Notes: a model not told the origin generated them from the sequence alone. Shown: positions 36,925 to 47,506, counted from the first letter of the stretch. The stretch is 64,000 bases of DNA from Candidatus Sericytochromatia bacterium (GCA_036676985.1 JAKFBU010000073.1:64001-128000), one strand, 5' to 3'. Program-made: numbers and translations.

Positions 36925-39357
36925 TCAGGGCAGGTCGTCGCTCACCAGGGCCCGACGGGCCGCGAACCCGTAGCGCGCCACGACCATCAGGGCCTGCTGG
37001 TCGTAGGACGGGGTCCGGGCGAACTGCAGCGATGCCCCGACCTGCCACCGATCGCCGAGCAGATAGGCGGCCTTTAGCTCGCCGTCGACGCCCCAGGTCC
37101 ACTGGGCGCTGCCCTCGTACACGCGACCTTCCGGCGACAGCGGGAAATAGGGCGCGGCATCCAGCTGGTGATACGACGGCCCCGTGCCCACGTGCATGGA
37201 GAGCATCCACGGCTCGGACTCGGGCGTCCGGGCATCCCAGGTGAGCTGAGACCCGGCCGCGAGCTGGGGGCTGTAGTAGCCTCCATGGCCCACCGTGAAG
37301 TGACCGAGGTTCAGCTGGTAGCGCTCGTAACTGGCTTGCAGTCCCAGCACCCCGAAGTCCAGGTGCGGCAGCCTCAGATCTCGTTGCAGTCCCACCTCGA
37401 GGCGCCCCTGCTGGTTCGGCGCCACCCGCTCACCCTGCAACCGAGCGACGAGACCGCCAAGCTGTAACTGGTAGTCGCCTCCCAGCGACAGGCGCTGGGA
37501 ACCCGTGAAGCCGTAGCGATAGGCCCGCCCCCATCCCTCCCCGCCGTAGGGATCGGGCATTCCCAGCCATGACAGGGCCGAGTCCTGGACGGGCAGGGCG
37601 AAGGCCGATAGGCCGACGGGCCCCCAGGGTGCATCCGCCTGCACGCCGAGCCGCATGGTCGGTAGCGGTGCGAGCGTGGTGCCGACCGGAGCGAGGCCCA
37701 GCACCGCGTCGTACTGCGCCCCATCGGCATAGGAGACGTGCAGCCGGGGCTCGAACCAGGCATAGGCCGGCTGCAGCGTCGCGACCGTGCCGTCATCAGG
37801 AAAGCTGCCGACGGCCGCGGCCCCGACCAGGGTTCCCCCGTCGATCTGGAGGCGGTCGATCTGCAGGCGGAGACGCGCCAGGCCACCGGGGGCGATCGCC
37901 ACGTCCGCAGCCGGCACCGCCCAACCCGTCAGCGCCGAGGTGCCGGCATCCCCCGAGCGGCGCCAGATCCGTCCGCCAGCGCCCAGTGTCGGGCCGTCGA
38001 GGCCCTGGAGCGACGGATAGTCCTCCGGCGCGAGCCTCCGGGCCGTGAGGAACTGCTTCTGGTAGTAGCGTCCCTGGGCCGCGTGGCGGCGGAAGAGAGG
38101 CACGAGCTGGGGCATGCTCGGGTCGAGCGAGGAGAGCCTGTCGGCCTTGAGATGGCTGTAGAACAGGCCGGACGCCGTCTCGTCTCCTGGCGAGGCGACA
38201 AAGGCCCGGACGAAGGCCTCGGCCGACTGGGGAAACGACCCGCGGTGGTACATGGCCCAGGCCCGCTCGGAGAGCTGGCTCTCGCTCAATGGCACCATAC
38301 GTTCGAGCTCGTCCAGCAGCGCCAACGCGTCCTCGTAGAGCTGGTCCTCATAGGCCTGGTGGGCTCGACGTCCCACGAGGGTCGCAAGCAGCCTCCGCGG
38401 GCCCTCTTGAGACAACCGGGCCTTGCGGGCCCACCGCTCGGCTGCCGCGGCATCCGAGAGCTCGCTCGCGACGATCGCCAGTCCGTAGGCGGCATCCGGA
38501 TTCTCGGGCCGCCACTGGGCGACCCGCTCGAACCACGCGCGCGCCGCGGGCAGGTCGCGGCGGTTCAGGGCGAGCCACCCCAGACCGAGCCCCTGGGGGA
38601 CGTCTTGCCGCGCGAGGATATGGGGCGCGAGCTCTCGACTCAGGCGATCGGCGCGATCGCGCTCTCCCGCCTGGAGGGCAGCGGCCAAGGCGCCGCAGGC
38701 CGACTCGTACCAGAGGCGACCGAGGTGCGCGACCTCCGCGCGATCGCGCGCCGCCTTCAGGGCGAGTTGCAGACAGGCCAGGTAGTCGTCCGTCGCGAGC
38801 CATGCCCTGGCCTTGTGCAGCGTGGCCGCGCGCTCCGCCCGCGTGAGGGGCGCGGCGAGCATGTCCTTCAAGAGGCGCCGCACCCGGGACGCCTCCTTGA
38901 GGCGATGGTGGGCCTTCGCCAAGGCCCACAGGCGATCGACGTGGCGCGGGCGGAACTGGTCGGGGTGGCGACGGGCGAAGGCGATCAGCGCACGCGGGTC
39001 GTCCTTTTCGAGGACGGCCTGTAGCTCGGCCCCCAGGCGGCGGGCCCGCATCTCCTGGACCAGGTCTCGAGACGGTCGCCAGCCCTCATGCGCCCGCCTC
39101 AGTCGCGTGTAGAGGCGCTGGGCTTGCGCGAGCCGCCCGGCATGCAGCAGGCGCCAGAGGGGCCCCTCATCCGGAGCGGCGACCGATGGCCGTGAAGCGG
39201 ACGGGGAGAGCGTCTCCGGCAGCGCGGGGCCGATGGGCGCAAAGGAAGCCGAGGCGCCCGGCAAGGCCCCGATCAGCACGTGCTCGGCGGCCATGGCCCC
39301 ATGCGGAGCCATGCTCACGGTCGCGGCGACGACGACGGACAGCCAGCGAGCGCTCAT
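36925..39357 (-). CDS. bcsC: Cellulose synthase outer-membrane export protein, BcsC-like (TPR plus beta-barrel)
   Basis: Signal peptide; helical TPR-like region (LGLGWLAL..A..WF, DAAYGLA); RRSGDAGTSAL and GHFTVGHGGYYSPQ; last gene of the bcs operon. Confidence 0.82.
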   Translation of the reverse strand: MSARWLSVVVAATVSMAPHGAMAAEHVLIGALPGASASFAPIGPALPETLSPSASRPSVAAPDEGPLWRLLHAGRLAQAQRLYTRLRRAHEGWRPSRDLVQEMRARRLGAELQAVLEKDDPRALIAFARRHPDQFRPRHVDRLWALAKAHHRLKEASRVRRLLKDMLAAPLTRAERAATLHKARAWLATDDYLACLQLALKAARDRAEVAHLGRLWYESACGALAAALQAGERDRADRLSRELAPHILARQDVPQGLGLGWLALNRRDLPAARAWFERVAQWRPENPDAAYGLAIVASELSDAAAAERWARKARLSQEGPRRLLATLVGRRAHQAYEDQLYEDALALLDELERMVPLSESQLSERAWAMYHRGSFPQSAEAFVRAFVASPGDETASGLFYSHLKADRLSSLDPSMPQLVPLFRRHAAQGRYYQKQFLTARRLAPEDYPSLQGLDGPTLGAGGRIWRRSGDAGTSALTGWAVPAADVAIAPGGLARLRLQIDRLQIDGGTLVGAAAVGSFPDDGTVATLQPAYAWFEPRLHVSYADGAQYDAVLGLAPVGTTLAPLPTMRLGVQADAPWGPVGLSAFALPVQDSALSWLGMPDPYGGEGWGRAYRYGFTGSQRLSLGGDYQLQLGGLVARLQGERVAPNQQGRLEVGLQRDLRLPHLDFGVLGLQASYERYQLNLGHFTVGHGGYYSPQLAAGSQLTWDARTPESEPWMLSMHVGTGPSYHQLDAAPYFPLSPEGRVYEGSAQWTWGVDGELKAAYLLGDRWQVGASLQFARTPSYDQQALMVVARYGFAARRALVSDDLP

Positions 39358-39363
39358 CGCCTC

Positions 39364-40383
39364 CTACCAGCTCGGATCGCCGATCGCGCGCGCGAAGAGC
39401 TGCAGGGTGGCCGAATAGTAGTCGGGCCCGAGCTCCGCCAGGGGCGTCCGCCTCGGCAGGGCCGGGTGAGCGAGCGTGGCCTGGGCGATCGCCTGGATGC
39501 CCGGCGAGGCGTGGTAGCTGTCGACCGAGTTCTCGACCACGTCCGTCCAGGCCGGCAGGAACGAGGCCGGGCGGAAGTAGCGCCAGTAGCCCTGGAAGGG
39601 CGAGAGGAGATCGGGCTCGGGGTTGCCCGCCCAGAGGAGGTACAGGGGGATGCGCACCGCGTTGTAGCCGAAGCGGGGCTTGAAGCCCGCAGCAGGGACG
39701 GGCGGGGCGGCGAGCAGCAGCCAGTCGGTGGGGAGGCTCCAGCGCCCGAAGCGCGCCTCCTTCAGGAGCGCCCGACCGGAGACGTCGAGCTCCGCCCACT
39801 CTGGCCGGGAGTCCCGGCGCTGGAAGTACCGGAACGCCGGGAACACCCAGTAGGAGAGGTTGAGCGTGAGACCGTCCGTCGACTCGAAGCCGTAGGCCCC
39901 CGGCAAAAGCAGCGCCCGGCCGTTCGAGCGGCGCACGAGCCGATCCAGGACGTCCCCCGTGATCCGGCGGCTCTCCGCCTGCCACTGGGGCTCCTTCCAG
40001 CGCTCGGCCGCGCGGGAGAGGGCCCAGGCGATGAGCAGATCCCCGTCGGTGGCGTTGTTGGTGTCCGCCACCCCGGCCTCGGGCGTCCACTTCCACGCGA
40101 ACAGGGCGTCCTGGCGAACCTGGAGGTGGGCCTTGGTCCATTGCCACAAGGACGTGAAGGCCGTGCGATCGCCGTAGTGGGTCGCGAGCAGCATGCCCGC
40201 CCCCTGGCCCTCCGAGTGGCTGATGGCCTGGTTTCCGGTGTCGATGACCCGGCCCTCGGCGCTCACGAAGCGCTCCTTGAAGGCCCCCCACGGGTCGAAG
40301 GCCGCGGGAGTTGGGGGAGCCTTGGGGGCCATGGCCGCCAGGACCAGCGCGCTAACCGCGAGCGTCTTGAACGCCATCGCCAT
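39364..40383 (-). CDS. bcsZ: GH8 endoglucanase BcsZ
   Basis: GRVIDTGN..SHSEGQG, NNATDGDLLIAWAL, NLSYWVFPA, FGYNAVRIPLYL, YYSATL. Confidence 0.93.
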   Translation of the reverse strand: MAMAFKTLAVSALVLAAMAPKAPPTPAAFDPWGAFKERFVSAEGRVIDTGNQAISHSEGQGAGMLLATHYGDRTAFTSLWQWTKAHLQVRQDALFAWKWTPEAGVADTNNATDGDLLIAWALSRAAERWKEPQWQAESRRITGDVLDRLVRRSNGRALLLPGAYGFESTDGLTLNLSYWVFPAFRYFQRRDSRPEWAELDVSGRALLKEARFGRWSLPTDWLLLAAPPVPAAGFKPRFGYNAVRIPLYLLWAGNPEPDLLSPFQGYWRYFRPASFLPAWTDVVENSVDSYHASPGIQAIAQATLAHPALPRRTPLAELGPDYYSATLQLFARAIGDPSW

Positions 40384-42679
40384 GGACCGTGTGCAGTCGC
40401 CGCAAGAGGACCAGGTGGGCCGCGTAGGCGAAGAGCAGGACGAGACCCAGAAGGAAGGCCACCGTGGGCCAGGGGTAGCGACCGACGAGGTACGAGATAC
40501 GCTCGAGCCAGCTCACCTTGCCCACCTCGAAGAAGGTGGAAGGCTCCTGGGCGGAGAGTTGTTCGGACTTCCAGTCCCAGACGACGAAGCTCCCGTGCAT
40601 GGCGCCCCACTGCTTGGGGTGGATCAGCTGCTGGACGCCTGCCTGCAGTTGGGAGCCGGTGCCCGCCGCGAAGGCCGTGACCGTCCGCGACGGCGCAAAG
40701 GGGCTCTCCATCTGGAAGCCGACGAGCTGATCACCCCAGGTCGCGTGGTAGGCAGCGGCGCTCCGCGCGCTCGAGTCGGTCTCGCTCCGGGCGGCCGGCT
40801 GAGACGAGAAGAAGCTCAGGGGCTGACCCAAGAGCGGCGCGAGGGCGTTCGGAATCATGGTGCCGCGCCCCTCGCCGAGCGGAGAGGCGGCCCGGACGCT
40901 CGCGGGCAGCTTGTCGGCAGGACCTATCATGAGCACGTTCTGGGCGGGTCGCTCGGGCGCGAAGCTGGCCGTGGCGTTGAAGAGCGGCAGCCCCGTGGTC
41001 TGGGCGAGCCGGCCCATGAGGGTCCAGGCGGCCGACAGGGTGCCGGGGTCCTTGGAGACCGGCCAGAGCATGGTCTCGAGGCCGTCGGGCTTGGCCGTGT
41101 AGGGAAAGCCCGAGCGCGACAGCAGGCTCAGGTTCGGCATGCGGACGTAGTGAGGGACCTCGGGCAGCTCGATCCACGAGTCCTCGTACAGCGTCATGAT
41201 GAGGTTGTCCGTCAGGACAGGCTTGCAGTCCCCGCTCTCCATGGGCAGGAACTTGGGCGCGAACGAGAGGACGTTGGCGCCGGACTGCAGGCTGCGCATG
41301 GGCATCTCGATGCGGTAGTCGTCCACGACCGTGCCGCGGGGCTCGTCCACCGGCACGGCCCGCGAGAACTGGCGGTTGAGCGAGACGTTCATCACGGAGT
41401 CCCGGCGCAGGCCCGCGCCGTGGGCGTAGTGCATGTGCAGGACGAGCTTGCTGTTCTCCCAGGGCATGAGGTCCGGCGGCACCGCGAACTCGAGCTGGCC
41501 GATCTCGCCGATGTAGCCGTTGAGCGTCTGGGTCTTGAAGCCGAGCTCGGCGAAGGTGTAGCGCCGGTTGGTCAGCATGTTCCGGCTGCCCGCGTAGTCG
41601 GGCCAGCGAGGCAGCTTCAGGTCCGTCACCAGGGTCTCGGAGGTCGGCGGGAAGGGCGTGTCCAGGAAGGCGAACGTCGAGGCCGCGAGGTCCACCTCTT
41701 GCGGGGTCCGACCCGAGACCACCACGATCACGTGCGCCGGATCGGCCTTCAGGGGGTAGACGCCGAGGAAGGCACCCGTGATCTTGCCCGCGAGCTCCGG
41801 GGCGAGGTAGGGCGAGAGGGACTCGCGGGTGCCGACCAGGAGCGAGTCGCCGCCCACGAGCGATCGCTCGTCGAGGGTCGGCAGGTGGACCGAGCCCGTG
41901 GCCGCCGAGCGCGCCGCCTCGTACTGGAAGCTCGTCGGCAGGTACTGGTAGCGAAGCGCCAGGCCCTGGGAGAGCAGGCTACCGGTCCAGAGCACCCGGT
42001 CGTCGATGCCCTGGGAAAGGGGAAAGACGAGCTTGAGGGAGCCCTGGCCGGGGTCCCGGGGGCTGAAGATGAGGTTGAGGTCCGCGAGGCGCGGCTTCAG
42101 GGGGGCCCCTTCGCCCTCGTAGCGGATGTAGGACTCGGTGGTGTCGATCTCGGTCCAGAGCTCGGGAGCGAAGGGATCCTCGCACTCCTCGTTCGTGTAG
42201 TGCTGCGCGACCCGGAACGAGAGCTTGTTGTAGGCGCCCTCGAGCCGGTCGACGGGAATGGGGATGTCGAGCGTGGTCTGGGGGCGATCGCCCTTCAAGG
42301 AGATCTGCTGGATCGTCCGGTCGTTGAGGCGGACGGCGAGCGCCGAGCGCTGGCCCACGAGCGAGACGGAGTTGGTCAGCGACAGGTGCAGCATGGCTGC
42401 GCGCAGCTTGGTGCGAGCCCGCACGGGCACGAAAACCGCATGCTCGCTGGAGGTGCGGACGAGCCGGATGTTCCCCGTCTGCTCGCTGAGCTTGCTGAGC
42501 GGGATACGCTCGCCGGCCGTCGGCAGGGTCGCGGCCGCCGGTGCGATCCTTTGCGGGGCGCGCTTCCCCGGCGCGGCTTCGACGGGCAGCGCGGCCCCCA
42601 CGACCTGGGCCGAGAGGACAAGGGCAGCGGCGACGAAGGAGAGAGCGGCACGGAGGCGAGACGACATGAAGCTACTCAT
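40352..42679 (-). CDS. bcsB: Cellulose synthase periplasmic subunit BcsB
   Basis: Signal peptide; AQHYTNEECEDPFAPELWTEID, MPNLSLLSRSGFPY; C-terminal TM anchor; 4-nt overlap with bcsA. Confidence 0.9.
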   Translation of the reverse strand: MSSFMSSRLRAALSFVAAALVLSAQVVGAALPVEAAPGKRAPQRIAPAAATLPTAGERIPLSKLSEQTGNIRLVRTSSEHAVFVPVRARTKLRAAMLHLSLTNSVSLVGQRSALAVRLNDRTIQQISLKGDRPQTTLDIPIPVDRLEGAYNKLSFRVAQHYTNEECEDPFAPELWTEIDTTESYIRYEGEGAPLKPRLADLNLIFSPRDPGQGSLKLVFPLSQGIDDRVLWTGSLLSQGLALRYQYLPTSFQYEAARSAATGSVHLPTLDERSLVGGDSLLVGTRESLSPYLAPELAGKITGAFLGVYPLKADPAHVIVVVSGRTPQEVDLAASTFAFLDTPFPPTSETLVTDLKLPRWPDYAGSRNMLTNRRYTFAELGFKTQTLNGYIGEIGQLEFAVPPDLMPWENSKLVLHMHYAHGAGLRRDSVMNVSLNRQFSRAVPVDEPRGTVVDDYRIEMPMRSLQSGANVLSFAPKFLPMESGDCKPVLTDNLIMTLYEDSWIELPEVPHYVRMPNLSLLSRSGFPYTAKPDGLETMLWPVSKDPGTLSAAWTLMGRLAQTTGLPLFNATASFAPERPAQNVLMIGPADKLPASVRAASPLGEGRGTMIPNALAPLLGQPLSFFSSQPAARSETDSSARSAAAYHATWGDQLVGFQMESPFAPSRTVTAFAAGTGSQLQAGVQQLIHPKQWGAMHGSFVVWDWKSEQLSAQEPSTFFEVGKVSWLERISYLVGRYPWPTVAFLLGLVLLFAYAAHLVLLRRLHTVHGDGVQDARG

Positions 42680-44931
42680 TTCAGGGCAGGGACCCGACGG
42701 ACGGTACGAACGAGGGAGTTACCGATGAGCAGCAATCGCTGCCCCGCATCCAGGAGAAAGGCCCTGACATGGTCCCCATTGTACTTGGTTCCCAAGAGGA
42801 CGACGAACCAAAACGAGCGCATGATGCCGGGGCTCGCCTGTCGCGACTCCTGATAGGTGCGCCAGCGTTCGCTGTCCCCGTGCGTGAGGGTGATGACCCG
42901 CCTCCGTGCTTCAACCGTGTCGGTGACGAAGCGGACTCCCCAGCCGATGGTGCCGTCGGGCAGGGAGCGACGGTTCAGGACCTGGACGGGCAGGACGCTC
43001 TCGGCTTGCCGCGCCACGTCGTGGACCCGCAGGGCCAAGAGATCCGAGGGTGGGGCGAGGACGCCGGGCGGGATGATGAGGTAGGCCCCGCCGACCGAGA
43101 GGTCGCGGATCCGGCAGGCGATAGGCTTGCTCTCGGGATGCTCGAGCAGAGCCGCCATGTCCGCCGGCATACGGGGGTTGGCGCGGCGCTGGCGACGCTC
43201 GTAGAGGACGCCGTTCGCGGCGTTCAGCATGACGAGGTTGAACGTCTCCCAGGCCATGGTGAGGACGGTGACGACGCGATCGCCCGGAAACTCGAACCAC
43301 CGGCGCACCCCGAGCACCAGCGCCAGGATGGTGACGAGGTAGAGCGGGTAGAAGGGGCCCGAGAGGTCCGAGACGAAATCCCGATCCGAGAATTCGCCCT
43401 TGGGCGTCACGGTGAAAGTCGGCGCCCAGGGGTTGAGGAACACCTTCACGATGGCCGGGAAGGCGAACGTGGCCTGGAGCAGCTCGTAGACCTCCGAGAT
43501 GAAGGTCCAGCGGGACTTGCCGAACAGGAAGTCCGCCACGAGCACGTTGGTGATGACGTAGGGCAGGGCGTAGGCGAGGTACGCGATGGGCGTGGTGTGA
43601 TAAATCTTCAGGCCCAGGATCAAGAAGGCCGCAGGCGCCACCAGGAAGACCAGGCGGGCGTAGCCGAAGAGCCAGAAGAAGCAGCTGCCGAAGTAGCACA
43701 GGCGCTGTGCCAGGCTGAGGCCGGGGTAGAGGAGCGGGTTGCGCAGCAGGAAGATCTGGATCATCCCCTGCGCCCAGCGCACGCGCTGGGTGACGAAACC
43801 GCTGAACGTCTCGGGCTGCAGCCCCGAGATGAGCACCTCGTTGAGGTAGATGCTGCGATAGCCCTTGGCGTGCAACCGGATGGAGGTCTCGGCGTCCTCG
43901 GTGATGGTCACGCCGCTGATGCCGCCCACCTCGTCCAGCTGCCTTCGCCTCAAGATGGCGGCGGATCCGCAGAACTGGGCGGCGTTCCAGAAGTCGAGCC
44001 CCTGCTGGATGACGCCGTGGAACATCTCGTTCTCGCTCGGGATGCGGCCGAAGATGTCGTGGTTCTTCTCCAGGGGGTCCGGGTTGATGAAGAAGTGCGG
44101 GGTCTGGACCATGTAGACCAGGGGATCGGCCTGGAAGAAGCCCACCGTCTTCTCCAGGAAGTCCGCCGTCGGGATGTGGTCGGCGTCCAGGATGAGGACC
44201 AGGTCGCCCCGGGTGTGCTGCAGGGCCTCGTTGAGGTTGCCGGCCTTCGAGCTGACGTTGCGCGGGCGCGTGAGGTAGGTGACGCCGATCTGCTCGCAGA
44301 GGGCCTGGCAGCTTGCTCGGCGCTCCTTCGCCCGGCGGGCGAGCTCGGGATCGGGGCTCAGGAGGCGCTCGTCGGTGCCGCCGTCGTCGCACAGGTAAAC
44401 GCGCAGCTTGTGCTGGGGGTAGCGCATGGCGGTCGCGGCGACGAGCGTGACCTCGAGCAGTTCCAGCGACTCGTTGTAGCTCGGCACGAGCACGTCGACC
44501 GAGGGCCAGGACTCGGCGGGGCCGCTGGGCGGGCACGGCTTGCGGCGGATGGGCAGGGCGTTCGAGAAGAAGCCGAGGAACAGCACGATGATGGCGTAGA
44601 GCTCGGCCAGGAAGAGCGCGATCATGGCCGAGCTGCTCAGCCAGTCGTTCCAGTAGATGGTGTTGGTCACGCGCCACACGAAGTAGCGCGCCGTCAAGAC
44701 GCCCGCGAGCGCGAGGAAGAGGGTGCGCGTGAAGCCATTCTGGGGCAGGCGCCGCAGGAGGAAGAGGACGGCGAGGACGCTGACGGCGACGCAGAGCTCG
44801 ACAGGGGAGTCGAAGGGAATGAAGGCGAATAACACGAGGAGCAGGAGGCCGACGACGTAAGCCACCTTGACGCCCGGACGCTGCTTGTACGGCGCACTGG
44901 CTGCCGATGCGTCATTCATGGGCAGCGGCAC
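42676..44931 (-). CDS. bcsA: Cellulose synthase catalytic subunit BcsA (GT2 plus PilZ)
   Basis: VDVLVPSYNE, DDG, KAGNLN, DADH, QTPH, TED, QRVRW, FTVTPKG; PilZ RRANPR and DLSVGG motifs. Confidence 0.96.
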   Translation of the reverse strand: MPLPMNDASAASAPYKQRPGVKVAYVVGLLLLVLFAFIPFDSPVELCVAVSVLAVLFLLRRLPQNGFTRTLFLALAGVLTARYFVWRVTNTIYWNDWLSSSAMIALFLAELYAIIVLFLGFFSNALPIRRKPCPPSGPAESWPSVDVLVPSYNESLELLEVTLVAATAMRYPQHKLRVYLCDDGGTDERLLSPDPELARRAKERRASCQALCEQIGVTYLTRPRNVSSKAGNLNEALQHTRGDLVLILDADHIPTADFLEKTVGFFQADPLVYMVQTPHFFINPDPLEKNHDIFGRIPSENEMFHGVIQQGLDFWNAAQFCGSAAILRRRQLDEVGGISGVTITEDAETSIRLHAKGYRSIYLNEVLISGLQPETFSGFVTQRVRWAQGMIQIFLLRNPLLYPGLSLAQRLCYFGSCFFWLFGYARLVFLVAPAAFLILGLKIYHTTPIAYLAYALPYVITNVLVADFLFGKSRWTFISEVYELLQATFAFPAIVKVFLNPWAPTFTVTPKGEFSDRDFVSDLSGPFYPLYLVTILALVLGVRRWFEFPGDRVVTVLTMAWETFNLVMLNAANGVLYERRQRRANPRMPADMAALLEHPESKPIACRIRDLSVGGAYLIIPPGVLAPPSDLLALRVHDVARQAESVLPVQVLNRRSLPDGTIGWGVRFVTDTVEARRRVITLTHGDSERWRTYQESRQASPGIMRSFWFVVLLGTKYNGDHVRAFLLDAGQRLLLIGNSLVRTVRRVPALK

Positions 44932-45130
44932 GTCCTCCTCAGCCTCGATGGGTGAGGCCCGGAGTGCCTCGATCCCCTAATCAGCAAGTAACAGCCCCAT
45001 TATGCCCCAAAGCGGCAAGCTGCCACTGCTGATTTAGCCAAGCTTTGCGCTAGATTCACCCAACCCTCACGCGCCGCATGGCCCGGCGGGCCATGCGGCG
45101 GTCGGCAAACGCACGAGAACCGCCAGGCGC

Positions 45131-45685
45131 CTACCGGGCCGGCGCCATCCGGCCGTACTCCATCCCACGTTCGATGGCCGCGCGGTTGACGGGCACGAAG
45201 CGGACCTTGTCCTCGCCCATCACCTTGATCATCGCCTTGAGGACCGTCTCCGGCTCCACCATGGGCACCGCTGCGATGAGCGCCCCCAGGGCCACCATGT
45301 TCGCGAACTTGGGGCTGCCGAGCTCCGAGGCGAGGTCCGTGGCCGGCAGCGCGATGACCGTCAGGTCCCGGCGCGTCGCCGGTTTGTCGCACAGGGACGT
45401 GTTGACGACGAGCACCCCGGCCTTCTGGATCGCCGGCTCAAACTTGTCGAGCGACGGCTGGTTCATCACGATGCAGGCCGTCGGCTCGGTCACCAGCGTA
45501 CAGGCGATCGGGCGATCGCTGACGACCACCGAGCAGTTGGCAGTACCGCCCCGCTGCTCGGGGCCGTAGGCCGGGACCCAAGAGACCTGCTTGCCTTCGA
45601 AGTTGCCGGCATAGGCCAGGAGCTGCCCCGCCGTCAGGACGCCCTGCCCCCCGAAGCCCGCGATGAGGATCTCATGCGTGAACAT
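45131..45685 (-). CDS. 2-oxoacid:ferredoxin oxidoreductase gamma subunit
   Basis: EILIAGFGGQGVL, PAYGPEQRGGTANC, ANMVALGA. Confidence 0.93.
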   Translation of the reverse strand: MFTHEILIAGFGGQGVLTAGQLLAYAGNFEGKQVSWVPAYGPEQRGGTANCSVVVSDRPIACTLVTEPTACIVMNQPSLDKFEPAIQKAGVLVVNTSLCDKPATRRDLTVIALPATDLASELGSPKFANMVALGALIAAVPMVEPETVLKAMIKVMGEDKVRFVPVNRAAIERGMEYGRMAPAR

Positions 45686-46430
45686 CGGCCACCTCCTTGG
45701 TCAGATCCTTGAGCTCGCCGAGCGGAAAGGCCGGTACGAGGTCGTTCATAACGTACTGGTTGGCCTCTTCCGGGCTGATGCCCCAGTTGGTCGGGCAGTT
45801 GCCGAGCACCTCGACCATCGAGAAGCCGAGGCCCTTTAGCTGGGACTCGAAGGCCTTCTTGAGCGCGCGCTTGGTCTTGACGATGTTGCCGAGGTCCGCC
45901 ACGTGAGTCCGGGCCACGTACACCGCCCCGGGCGTCTGGGCCAGGATCTCGGCCATGCGGTAGGGCATGCCGGCCTCGGGCCCGCGGCCGTTGGGCGTGG
46001 TCGCCGTCACGGCGCCCATGAGGGTCGTGGGCGACATCTGGCCGCCCGTCATGCCGTAGATGGTGTTGTTGTACATGATGGCCGTGATCTTCTCGCCGCG
46101 GGCCGCCGCGTGCAGGATCTCGGCCGTGCCGATGGCCGCCATGTCCCCGTCCCCCTGGTAGGTGAAGACCGTCAGGTTCGGGTTCGCCCGCTTGACGCCC
46201 GTGGCGACGGCGGGCGCTCGGCCATGCGGAGCCTGGACGAAGTCCGTCTCGAAGTAGTTGTAGGCGAGCACCGAGCAGCCCACCGAGGCGACGCCGACCG
46301 TCGACTCGCGGACGCCCAATTCGTCGAGGACCTCGGCCACCAAGCGATGCAGCACCCCGTGGCTGCAGCCCGGGCAGTAGTGCGTGCTCACCTTGGAGAG
46401 CGAGTCGGGAATGCCGATGATCTGCTTCAT
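45672..46430 (-). CDS. 2-oxoacid:ferredoxin oxidoreductase beta subunit (TPP-binding)
   Basis: YCPGCSHG, HGRAPAVATG, YQGDGD, NNTIYGMTGGQMSPTT, CPTNW; start ATG 46430 (MKQIIG). Confidence 0.93.
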   Translation of the reverse strand: MKQIIGIPDSLSKVSTHYCPGCSHGVLHRLVAEVLDELGVRESTVGVASVGCSVLAYNYFETDFVQAPHGRAPAVATGVKRANPNLTVFTYQGDGDMAAIGTAEILHAAARGEKITAIMYNNTIYGMTGGQMSPTTLMGAVTATTPNGRGPEAGMPYRMAEILAQTPGAVYVARTHVADLGNIVKTKRALKKAFESQLKGLGFSMVEVLGNCPTNWGISPEEANQYVMNDLVPAFPLGELKDLTKEVADVHA

Positions 46431-47497
46431 TGCGAACCCCCTCCCAGGAGCGACTGGATCTGGTCGAGCACCTCGCGCGGCGTGGGCACGATGCCCCCGT
46501 AGCGCCCGTAGAAGTGCACCTCGGCGCGGCCCAGGACGGCGAGGCGCACGTCCTCGACCATCTGACCCGCGGACATCTCGACCGCGAGGAAGCGGGACGC
46601 CGGGCCCTCGGCCATGCGCGCGAGCGGCTCGGACGGGAACGGCCAGACGGTGACGGGCCGCAGGAGCCCGACCTTGAGGCCGAGCTGCCGGGCGGCATCC
46701 ACCGCCGCGCGGCAGATGCGCGCCGTGGTGCCGTAGGCCACCAGCACGAGCTCCGCGTCCGCGCATTGGTACTCCTCGTACCGGCACTCGGCCTCCATCA
46801 GCCTGAACTTGGCCTGGAGCTTGTGGTTGTGCTGCTCGAGCGCCTCGGCGTTCAGGTTGAGCGAGGTGAAGATGCGCTTGGCGCGTCCCTTGGCACCCGT
46901 GAGGCCGTCGTCGCGCGTGGGCGTTCGCTCCTGCAGCGCGGGGAACGCGACGGGCTCCATGGTCTGGCCCAACAGGCCGTCGCCGAGGATGCCCACCGGG
47001 TTTCGGTACTTGTCCGCGAGGTCGAAGGCCAGGGCCGTCAGATCGACCAGCTCCTGCACCGTGGAAGGCGCCAGGCTGATGAGGCGGTAGTCGCCCTGAC
47101 CGCCGCCCTTGACCATCTGGAAGTAGTCGGCCTGCGACGGCTGGATGTTGCCGAGGCCCGGCCCGCCCCGCATGACGTTGACGACGACGGCCGGCAGCTC
47201 CGAGCCGACCATGTAGCTGATGCCCTCCTGCTTGAGCGAGAAGCCCGGGCTCGAGCTCGAGGTCATCACCCGCACGCCGGCCGCGCTCGCTCCGAGCACC
47301 ATGTTGATGGCCGCAAGCTCCGACTCCGCTTGCAGGTAGCAGCCGCCCACCTCGGGCATGCGCCGGGCCATGTAGGCGGGCAGCTCGCTCTGGGGCGTGA
47401 TCGGGTAGCCGAAGAAGTGGCGGCAGCCGGCGCGGATGGCGGCCTCGCCCAGTGCCTCGTTCCCCTTGACCATCGTGAGTTCCATCGTGGCGGTCAT
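46427..47497 (-). CDS. 2-oxoacid:ferredoxin oxidoreductase alpha subunit (VorB-like)
   Basis: KGNEALGEAA, FFGYPITPQSE, QAESELAA, TSSSSPGFSLKQEG, RGGPGLG, VEMSAGQM. Confidence 0.93.
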   Translation of the reverse strand: MTATMELTMVKGNEALGEAAIRAGCRHFFGYPITPQSELPAYMARRMPEVGGCYLQAESELAAINMVLGASAAGVRVMTSSSSPGFSLKQEGISYMVGSELPAVVVNVMRGGPGLGNIQPSQADYFQMVKGGGQGDYRLISLAPSTVQELVDLTALAFDLADKYRNPVGILGDGLLGQTMEPVAFPALQERTPTRDDGLTGAKGRAKRIFTSLNLNAEALEQHNHKLQAKFRLMEAECRYEEYQCADAELVLVAYGTTARICRAAVDAARQLGLKVGLLRPVTVWPFPSEPLARMAEGPASRFLAVEMSAGQMVEDVRLAVLGRAEVHFYGRYGGIVPTPREVLDQIQSLLGGGSQ

Positions 47498-47506
47498 GGG
47501 GTCCTC

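Noticed and set aside
44932-45130. Possible c-di-GMP riboswitch upstream of bcsA
   Set aside because: No GEMM-type two-hairpin architecture could be identified by eye.
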